Part shown: in pieces, positions 25,374-32,000 of the stretch
How positions within the stretch are numbered: the stretch's first letter is position 1
How the letters are laid out: each line of letters starts with the position of its first letter
NCBI GenBank assembly: GCA_963697165.1
Contig: CAVOMX010000014.1
Span: 49,862 to 81,861, forward strand
Length of the DNA: 32,000 bases
From: Candidatus Bathyarchaeota archaeon
Lineage (GTDB): Archaea > Thermoproteota > Bathyarchaeia > Bathyarchaeales > Bathyarchaeaceae
Direction of reading: 5' to 3'
Notes under the pieces: model-generated
Told to the model about the DNA's origin: nothing
Seen by the model: the letters and a program-made list of their open reading frames with translations, nothing else
The model's database searches: none
Program-made: the position numbers and the translations under genes

Positions 25374-26168
25374 GTGAACCAAATACTAGATGGTGCTCGA
25401 ATTATCATATGTCTAAGTTTCTTGTTTTACGCTTCTTGGAGCGACTACAAAACCAGAGAAGTAAGTAACAAAGTTTGGATCATCTTAGGACCATTAGCCC
25501 TAGCACTAACAGGGTTTCAGTTTTTAGTATATTCAGCCCAACCGCTTCAACTTGTAACAACCTACGTCCTATCTTTTGCAATAACTTCAGGTTTAGCCAT
25601 AGCCGTCTTCTACGCTGGAGGCTTCGGAGGAGCAGACGCAAAAGCTTTCATGTGCATCGCTCTTGCTTTACCTGTTTATCCTGACTATCTTCTTCCACAA
25701 CCCCCGGGTTTTGTTTCCCCTCTTTTTCCAATAACAATCTTCACCAACAGTGTTCTATTAGGTGCCCTCAGCGTGTTCTACGCTCTCTTCCGAAATCTTC
25801 TATGGATAGTTAGAAACAGAGGAAACGTCTTTGAAGGCTTGAAAACAGAGTCTTTTGGGCACAAAATTCTGGCACTTATAAGCGGCTACAAGGTCAAAAT
25901 GGCTAAACTAGAAAAGGGACACATGTTTCCTCTTGAAGACGTTGAGCTGAAGGATGATGGTGAGAAAAAGAGAAAGTTGCTAGCGTTTCCGAAATATGAG
26001 GAGCGCGAAGATATTATTGCAAGAATCCGAGAAAACGTAACAGATGAAAAACGTGAAGTATGGGTTACCCCGGGTTTGCCTCTCCTCATCTTTATCACAG
26101 CAGGTTTAATCATTGCTTTGGCTTACGGAGACATTGTGTGGGTCCTGCTCGGATCACTCATCACCTAA
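25374..26168 (+). CDS. Prepilin/preflagellin peptidase (A24 family, FlaK/PibD-like)
   Basis: It is polytopic, with a first catalytic Asp region SWSDYKTREV and a second motif GGFGGADAKAF. A soluble insert lies before the last TM segments, as in FlaK. Confidence 0.85.
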   Translation: MNQILDGARIIICLSFLFYASWSDYKTREVSNKVWIILGPLALALTGFQFLVYSAQPLQLVTTYVLSFAITSGLAIAVFYAGGFGGADAKAFMCIALALPVYPDYLLPQPPGFVSPLFPITIFTNSVLLGALSVFYALFRNLLWIVRNRGNVFEGLKTESFGHKILALISGYKVKMAKLEKGHMFPLEDVELKDDGEKKRKLLAFPKYEEREDIIARIRENVTDEKREVWVTPGLPLLIFITAGLIIALAYGDIVWVLLGSLIT

Positions 26169-26192
26169 AAAATTGAACTGTTACAAGTTTGC

Positions 26193-26215
26193 GAGAAAAC
26201 AGATTTCTTTTTCTC
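26193..26215. terminator. Hairpin between convergent transcription units
   Basis: GAGAAAA-(9 nt)-TTTTCTC forms a 7-bp stem. It is T-rich on both strands. Confidence 0.4.
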
Positions 26216-26267
26216 CAGTGTTACACTTGAAGAATTTGTATTGGAAAATCTAAAGTTTAATTATTCT

Positions 26268-26564
26268 TTAGAAGTAAAGACTGTCTTTGTATAGAAGCCT
26301 AGCTTGTAAGAGAACAGTTAGGCCCTTAGCGGTTACTGTGGATGCTATCCAACCCATCACTCCAAGGTATAGGATGCGGATGGCGGCTTCTATTAGAGGG
26401 GACAAGGCTTCTCCGAAGGATGACAAGAGGTTAGGAACGGGCAGGATATTGATTTCTCCATAAAGATGAATAGATGCCATAGTGAATGTGATTAATAGGA
26501 GAGCGATTCCTGTGAGAAGAATAACTATTCCTGAAGTTTCAGAGGACTTTATCCGCACCCACAA
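26268..26564 (-). CDS. Small membrane protein (2-3 TM), last gene of the pilin-like operon
   Basis: 98 aa with a TTG start 5 nt after the upstream stop. The hydrophobic segments are IVILLTGIALLLITFTMA and ILYLGVMGWIASTV. Confidence 0.55.
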   Translation of the reverse strand: MWVRIKSSETSGIVILLTGIALLLITFTMASIHLYGEINILPVPNLLSSFGEALSPLIEAAIRILYLGVMGWIASTVTAKGLTVLLQARLLYKDSLYF

Positions 26565-26569
26565 TCACA

Positions 26570-28498
26570 TCAGTCTACTGTAACACTTGGGGGATATTCC
26601 ACCATCACCCAAAGACCATTGGATCCAGAGCTTGGGTAGATCGGCTCACCATTAAAGGTTACGACTGCGCCATACCAAGTCACATCCAAAGGATCTTTAA
26701 AGGGAGATACTGAAATTTGTTCCACTGGATTAAACTCGATACGTGAAGCAGTTACGTTTAGAGCTCCTGTTTTGTCGTCCACGATAGAATCGAAAGTGTA
26801 AAGTTTCTGGTTATATAAGTCAGTGAACATTAGCCCTGCTCCCGAGTTTCCTGAACTGACTTGGCTCCAATGATGATCCCAACCTGTTGGTGAACCGTCA
26901 TAGAAGAGAACTGTGGAACTGGAAGTTTCAGGGTAGACTCCATCGGTTCCGTCTTCTGTTAGTGGCGTTCCACTGAGACCTGAAATTTGGATGGCGCTAA
27001 GATCAGAAACGATCCTGCTCTGGGAGGAGTTTACGAAAATTGTTCTTGCTGCATAGGTATAATATGGTGTGTTTGCCGGTAATGTCAAAAAGACCTGTGA
27101 ATAAAAGTTAGGACTACCTGCAACTCCGCCACTGTATTCTGGTTCTTGTTGAATTATGTCTCTGACTACGCCGTTGTAGATTACATACGCAGGTTGTGCC
27201 CCGTACGTAGGCAGTTCATCATTGACACGTAGAAAATCCGCTCTATAGCTAGTTGAGTTGCCTAAAACACGTGAAACTACATAGAAATTATTTATGTCTA
27301 GTCTTAGAAATCCGTTTCGTAAAATTCCAGAAGACGGATTGTCATTGAAGTAAACGTTTTCCCAAGCATAGGACGTCTGGATTGCTCTGTCGTTCCCATC
27401 CCACCATAACGTAACCTCGCTAATAGCATTATTAACTAAAAATACTAACATTCTATTGTTGTTGAGTAGGCTATTGTTTCCAGCAAGTCCAAGAGGTATC
27501 TGGTAGGAAGATGCCCAATTTTCCACTTGGAAAGGCACCTCTTGGTTAACACCATTGATGGTTGCGTTAACATGAAGACCTTTGACTGAAATTGGAGGAA
27601 TCGGTTTCGTCTGAGGGGTTAGTTCCAGATTTTGGCCAAGCCATCTTAAAGTGCCGTTTTGGAGAAGCTCAATAACCATTGTATCCGTGGACAAAGACTC
27701 ATAAATTGTTTGCATGCCATTAACGTTCCAGTTAAAAGTGTAAGTGTAATGGGGAATTCCTGAGCTAACAGAGTTTTGTGAATAAAAAGCGGTTACTATT
27801 ATACCTCTATTGTCTTCAACTTGAACCGAGTATGCATCTTGGTCTACTCCTGAAGGAATTGTTAGGGTATAAACTCCGTTAGAAGAGATTATAAGGTTAG
27901 TTGGATTGACTAGCTCCCAAGTTGAGTCATCATAGTTGTATTTGTAGAACCAGAAGTTTTCTTCGCTTAATCCTAGTTCAGGCTCGGTATTATCACGAAT
28001 GACCTTGATTTGGGCTACACCAGAACCTGAGGATAGCATTGTGACTTTCAGGGCTGAAGATGTTTCATATGTTACTCCCTCGATTCCGAGACTCCCCAAT
28101 GAATAAGTTAGTGAAATGTTTCCCACACTGTAGCTCTCAGGCATATACCAACGGGTGGAGACTTGGTCAAAACTGAGTGAGAAGGATGGGTTCCATTCAG
28201 GATGCGAATGCGCAATATGGACAAGCCCGCTCGAAAGATAACTGTCAGTGAGGCTCTGGGCGTATGTTGAGTTACCGGTAACTTTCAGTATTGAACCGTA
28301 ATATCCAACTGTATGATCCAATATTCGTTTGATATCCGCATTCATTTCTCCCATAGCTGTTAGGACTGTGGGTGAGTTCTGTATCGGAGCGTAGCGGACC
28401 ATACTATAAGTGGATATAACTGCAGTTACTAGAATCACAGATACAAGTAACGCCGCGATTATGGAGAACTGCCCCTTATTCGCTCTACTACCCTTCAT
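26570..28498 (-). CDS. Large pilin-like protein (642 aa) with a canonical class III signal peptide
   Basis: MKGSRANKG|QFSIIAALLVSVILVTAVISTY is the signal region. The remainder is Ser/Thr/Asn/Tyr-rich and beta-like, with many N-x-S/T sequons. Confidence 0.75.
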   Translation of the reverse strand: MKGSRANKGQFSIIAALLVSVILVTAVISTYSMVRYAPIQNSPTVLTAMGEMNADIKRILDHTVGYYGSILKVTGNSTYAQSLTDSYLSSGLVHIAHSHPEWNPSFSLSFDQVSTRWYMPESYSVGNISLTYSLGSLGIEGVTYETSSALKVTMLSSGSGVAQIKVIRDNTEPELGLSEENFWFYKYNYDDSTWELVNPTNLIISSNGVYTLTIPSGVDQDAYSVQVEDNRGIIVTAFYSQNSVSSGIPHYTYTFNWNVNGMQTIYESLSTDTMVIELLQNGTLRWLGQNLELTPQTKPIPPISVKGLHVNATINGVNQEVPFQVENWASSYQIPLGLAGNNSLLNNNRMLVFLVNNAISEVTLWWDGNDRAIQTSYAWENVYFNDNPSSGILRNGFLRLDINNFYVVSRVLGNSTSYRADFLRVNDELPTYGAQPAYVIYNGVVRDIIQQEPEYSGGVAGSPNFYSQVFLTLPANTPYYTYAARTIFVNSSQSRIVSDLSAIQISGLSGTPLTEDGTDGVYPETSSSTVLFYDGSPTGWDHHWSQVSSGNSGAGLMFTDLYNQKLYTFDSIVDDKTGALNVTASRIEFNPVEQISVSPFKDPLDVTWYGAVVTFNGEPIYPSSGSNGLWVMVEYPPSVTVD

Positions 28499-28501
28499 GA
28501 A

Positions 28502-29827
28502 TTATGTTCCTCCTTGCTGACCTAGTTGGAGGGTGACAAGTCTTGAAGTGCCATCCGCTCCGAACTCTGATTGATAGATGGTGGGTCTGAAGTGCATTAA
28601 GAGAGCCAAGCCGGTGATCCTTATGTCAGGAATCCTTGTTAGCCCGATTGCAGTGAAAGCTCCACCTCGTTGGTGAGTGAAAGTTGCGCCTGCAATCCAT
28701 CCTGGGGATACAGTTTCGAAAACATAGTCGTTTGGTTGAACAGTGAGGTTGTATGTATTCAGGATTGAGTCTGGAAGGGCTCGGGTGGCTGTTTGGTATG
28801 GAGAAGGAAATATCCCATAATAATTTGAACTCTCATATGCGTAGGAACTGAATTGTACTACTCCCCCTCCTGGTGGTGTTCCGGCAATTCCGCTATCACT
28901 GAAGCTAGTTGGTGGTGGATTTTGGTATTCGTGATCTAAACCTTCCAGAAACGCATTGAGCCCTGACTGTCCTACCATCATCATACCATAGATTCCCCAT
29001 GTGTTGTCGCTCCCTGAGAATTTTACAGTGTTAGTAACGTAATACAAAGGGTAACCTACGATGCTGACGTATGTCCAATTGTATTGGTTTATTTTTTGTC
29101 CTAGAACATAGCAATATTGTGCATATGAATCAGCAGAATAAAGGTCTGCATAAGCTGAAGGAATTGGAATAGCCTCACCACATGTGTTGATTATAACTCC
29201 ATTTTCCAAAGTCTCACCAACTAAGGGTGTTCCATCTAGTAGGTTTCCAAACTGAGCGGTAGAGTTCACGAGAATAGTTGTGCTAAAATATGGAGAGAGA
29301 AGATGGTAGAGGTCTAATGCAAGGGTTTGCAGGGAGTATCCTGTAATCCACCATCCGTTTGCGTCATTGCAGTTCAGGATATACAGCGTGATGTTTTGTC
29401 CTGTGCTTTCTCCCACTTTTTGTGAATCTTGGGCGAATGTAACATCGGGTGATGCCACCATTAATGATGCAGCCTCAGAATCTGCTCCGAAACTTGCATC
29501 TGATTTCGATGTTGCTAATTGATATGTTACAACTTCATCAGTGTCTGAAAGAATGTCATAAACTGTAAGGTTATACACTACGTTGGGTGGAAGAGAAGCT
29601 GAAAGAGCTTTTTGCAGGTCACTCCATGCAACATCAGATGAGTCTTTGAAAACTGTCTCACTTAAAATACCCTTTTCATCCAAAGTTTCAAGAGTTGATT
29701 GAGAAAGCCCTCGCAGATTAGTTCCGAAAGCTTGGCGTGGCGTAGGCAAAACAGCAAAATATGATGTGATAACGAAGGCTCCAAGTAGGATTACGATTAC
29801 GAATAGCACTTCAACAGTTCTCATCAA
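28502..29827 (-). CDS. Large N-terminally anchored pilin-like protein (441 aa)
   Basis: The N-terminus is MMRTVEVLFVIVILLGAFVITSYFAV, with T-V-E next to the hydrophobic helix. The extracellular-type composition includes sequons. The gene starts 13 nt after the upstream stop. Confidence 0.65.
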   Translation of the reverse strand: MMRTVEVLFVIVILLGAFVITSYFAVLPTPRQAFGTNLRGLSQSTLETLDEKGILSETVFKDSSDVAWSDLQKALSASLPPNVVYNLTVYDILSDTDEVVTYQLATSKSDASFGADSEAASLMVASPDVTFAQDSQKVGESTGQNITLYILNCNDANGWWITGYSLQTLALDLYHLLSPYFSTTILVNSTAQFGNLLDGTPLVGETLENGVIINTCGEAIPIPSAYADLYSADSYAQYCYVLGQKINQYNWTYVSIVGYPLYYVTNTVKFSGSDNTWGIYGMMMVGQSGLNAFLEGLDHEYQNPPPTSFSDSGIAGTPPGGGVVQFSSYAYESSNYYGIFPSPYQTATRALPDSILNTYNLTVQPNDYVFETVSPGWIAGATFTHQRGGAFTAIGLTRIPDIRITGLALLMHFRPTIYQSEFGADGTSRLVTLQLGQQGGT

Positions 29828-29840
29828 CGCTCATCACCAC

Positions 29841-31061
29841 CTAATTGTCCAATTTCCATGTAGAAACCTTCACATTATATGATAAACCGTCGATAGTGAC
29901 CGCCCTAAGTTCAGTAGCAACAAAATTGTGACCACTAGAATCAAGACCTTCACTAAAGGAAGTTGATGCTCCAAGGACTCCAAGACCCCAGGGCATCGAA
30001 ACACTTCCTAGTTTATTATTCCACCTATATGTAATGAATAGAAATCCTACTTCAGAAGCGGGAATTTGTGTAGTTTCAAAATCTTTAGAGCCATAATTTA
30101 GGTGACCTGTAGAATTATCTACCACAACCTGCTCTAACTGAAAGTCGGGAGTCAAAACATAAAAGGTGGCGTTATAATTAACGCTCGGCACTGGATTTTG
30201 TGTATACTCGTGAACACCCCAGCTATGGGCAATCATAATTATTCCTTCATTGTAGTCTTTAATCAGCGGTACAACATATTCAGGATAATCACCAATATCA
30301 TCCTGAGAATAATATCCTACACCAGTAAGCCCACTTAGACGAGCATATACCATGAACTGGTATGCATCATCCTCATCATCAATATCCTCAAATTCTAGTA
30401 GAACTGAACCTAACGAGTCAGTTTGACTAACTCCCGAATAAGGGACAATTGTAGAAGTAGAACCTCCTCCCTTGTCGACTTGAAAAAGATAATAATTCAA
30501 GGTTGCACCACTCAAAGGATATCCTGACCCACTTACATCAACTTCAAGAGCAAGATGACCAAAACCCAGAACCTTTGAAATGCTAACGTTCACAATTGGC
30601 CTAATATCCAAACTGAAGCCATATGTCCCATTTATCCCCAGCAACTTCGAAGCCGTGGAGTAGTTTATACAATCACCCAGGGGAGTTAGTATCGAATTTC
30701 CAAAGTTTGCAGTAATATTGTTATAGAAATTACCAGAGTCAGGAGGGTATTCAACAAGTTGGCTACCAGTAGAATCAACTCTCAATCGCATCATCGAATA
30801 CGGACTAAGAGAATATCCACCAGCCACAGGATCTTGAAGACCAAAACCTAAAACAGAACTGTTTGTTGCCCCCCAATCTACAGGACTTCCAGGAGACAGA
30901 CATATTGTATTCATTATATCTACGGCTTTTGTGGCAACTTGAGTGTTGGTTTCATAAGCAACTGCGCTGCTGAACATCTGATTGAAGCTGGTCATGGCAA
31001 AAAGCAATGCAGCTATAAGAATTATAAGTGATACCATGTGGTCTATTGTAGCTCCAGCCAT
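29841..31061 (-). CDS. Large N-terminally anchored pilin-like protein (406 aa)
   Basis: The N-terminus is MAG|ATIDHMVSLIILIAALLFAM. GGAGG lies 8 nt upstream of the ATG, and the gene overlaps the upstream gene by 19 nt. Confidence 0.65.
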   Translation of the reverse strand: MAGATIDHMVSLIILIAALLFAMTSFNQMFSSAVAYETNTQVATKAVDIMNTICLSPGSPVDWGATNSSVLGFGLQDPVAGGYSLSPYSMMRLRVDSTGSQLVEYPPDSGNFYNNITANFGNSILTPLGDCINYSTASKLLGINGTYGFSLDIRPIVNVSISKVLGFGHLALEVDVSGSGYPLSGATLNYYLFQVDKGGGSTSTIVPYSGVSQTDSLGSVLLEFEDIDDEDDAYQFMVYARLSGLTGVGYYSQDDIGDYPEYVVPLIKDYNEGIIMIAHSWGVHEYTQNPVPSVNYNATFYVLTPDFQLEQVVVDNSTGHLNYGSKDFETTQIPASEVGFLFITYRWNNKLGSVSMPWGLGVLGASTSFSEGLDSSGHNFVATELRAVTIDGLSYNVKVSTWKLDN

Positions 31062-31543
31062 TTAATTAACCTCCAAAAGAAAAAATAAGAGGTACTGTTA
31101 GAAAATTTTTGGACATTAATTGAAGCACCAGCAGAATTGCTCCTAAGAGTCGAATCTATCCATTCAACATTAGGACCAAGCAAAGCCGACGCCGACAAAG
31201 TGTTACCTAATTCATCCAATGTTATTGTGACAATGAGAATCTTAACCGACCCGGGTTCGGAGATGCTACTTAACGACGCCGTGGCTGTGTAAGGATAAGA
31301 AGCAACAGTTACTGGAAGTGTTGAAGCTTGATTAACGTTTCCCGCCAATATTTCATCCCGATTTACTGTCAGATAAAGCTGCTGAATAGTACTCGCTAAA
31401 TGGTTTGCTACATCCTGCAAAGCAACATCCCTTTGAGAATCCTGCCAACTGGAGGTCATTGTACTCGCCACAAAAGGAAACACTATCACCTGACTGAAAA
31501 GCAAAGGAATCAAAATCACATACTCAATCGTAACACTTACCAT
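31043..31543 (-). CDS. TadE/Flp-like pseudopilin-type protein (166 aa)
   Basis: The N-terminus MVSVTIEYVILIPLLFSQVIVFPFV resembles the (A/T)-(I/V)-E-(Y/F)-hydrophobic motif of Flp/TadE-type pilins. The C-terminal residues YFFFWRLIKWLELQ, read across a T-run, may be a read-through artefact. Confidence 0.6.
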   Translation of the reverse strand: MVSVTIEYVILIPLLFSQVIVFPFVASTMTSSWQDSQRDVALQDVANHLASTIQQLYLTVNRDEILAGNVNQASTLPVTVASYPYTATASLSSISEPGSVKILIVTITLDELGNTLSASALLGPNVEWIDSTLRSNSAGASINVQKFSNSTSYFFFWRLIKWLELQ

Positions 31544-31571
31544 CTATGAACTATCTCCTGTTTTGTTGTTT

Positions 31572-32000
31572 CTAGTAATTAATTCCAAATCCAACTGACA
31601 CCTCGCTTAAGTAAAGCTCCAAAACCACATTGTCGAACCCGGAAGTTGGAACTGGAATATCCTCAGAATCAAAGGGAAAATTGAAGAATGTGGAATTGAA
31701 ATTCTCGGGTGAATCTTCTCGAGGAAAATCAACACTAACAGTTATGCCTGTAACGCTGTCTATAGTGTTGGCCGTGAAAGAGTCCCCAGTTAAAGTAAGG
31801 GATTGAGAAAATCTTGGCGATTCTCCTGCACTAAGAACCGGGAGGTACATTCTAACATAGTATGTTGAACCTAAAGAAGTGTTAATGGAAGAATAAAGAA
31901 CTCTAACTGCCGGGGCTACAACCACTCGTATGTAACTTCCGTCAGCCATAGGCAACTTTTCAACAGCAAACACGCGGGCGACCGGAGCAGAAGTACCCTT
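31572..32000 (-). CDS. Hypothetical secreted/pilus-associated protein, 5'-partial (the frame is open to the window edge)
   Basis: My translation of 31974-32000 (KGTSAPVAR) is in frame with the track ORF, so the GTG at 31973 is probably not the real start. The gene lies 28 nt upstream of the next operon gene. Confidence 0.55.
   Translation of the reverse strand, partial: KGTSAPVARVFAVEKLPMADGSYIRVVVAPAVRVLYSSINTSLGSTYYVRMYLPVLSAGESPRFSQSLTLTGDSFTANTIDSVTGITVSVDFPREDSPENFNSTFFNFPFDSEDIPVPTSGFDNVVLELYLSEVSVGFGINY

Noticed and set aside
1-32000. CRISPR arrays, rRNA genes, IS elements
   Set aside because: I found no regularly spaced short repeats, rRNA-like sequence, or inverted-repeat-bounded transposase ORFs on either strand.

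Overview
This window looks like an AT-rich archaeal chromosome segment. The evidence is Alba, aIF-1A, class-III-signal pilins, a FlaK/PibD-type prepilin peptidase, GTP-type PEPCK and archaeal-style tRNAs with TATA-like upstream boxes. The gene content suggests a TACK/Bathyarchaeia-like lineage, but I cannot confirm that without a database search.

Layout:
- 1-6865 (minus strand): a tightly packed respiratory operon in canonical complex-I order (A, B, C/D fused, H, I, J, K, L, start of M). No NADH-input (E/F/G) genes are visible. The catalytic subunits still carry both [NiFe]-hydrogenase ligand motifs.
- 7.4-14.3 kb: housekeeping and accessory genes (surE, acylphosphatase, two NUDIX hydrolases, a MetE-family protein, thiL).
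- 14.3-20.4 kb: a secreted beta-helix surface protein, two almost identical tRNA-Thr genes, a membrane-anchored coiled-coil protein with a Cys-His-Asp domain, an Lrp regulator and pckG.
- 20.4-24.6 kb: uppP, aIF-1A, alba, a membrane protein coupled to a small radical-SAM enzyme, a zinc-ribbon protein and an RHH-type regulator.
- 24.8-32.0 kb: a type-IV-pilus-like locus. A small major pilin and its prepilin peptidase lie on the plus strand. They converge on a minus-strand operon of six genes: five proteins with N-terminal hydrophobic anchors (four of them pilin- or Flp/TadE-like) and a 98-aa membrane protein at the 3' end. The operon runs off the window edge.

Main second-look items:
- the hydrogenase/complex-I hybrid and its tandem-repeat NuoL lateral helix
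- the giant pilin-like operon
- the coiled-coil/transglutaminase-like protein
- a 26-bp promoter-like direct repeat bracketing the beta-helix gene
- a GC-rich structured island

Four otherwise good genes (nuoL, thiL, the beta-helix gene, the coiled-coil gene) are each broken by a single frame change of mixed direction. No CRISPR array, transposase or integrase was seen. All calls rest on reading the supplied translations, my own hand translations and by-eye motif recognition. No searches were run.
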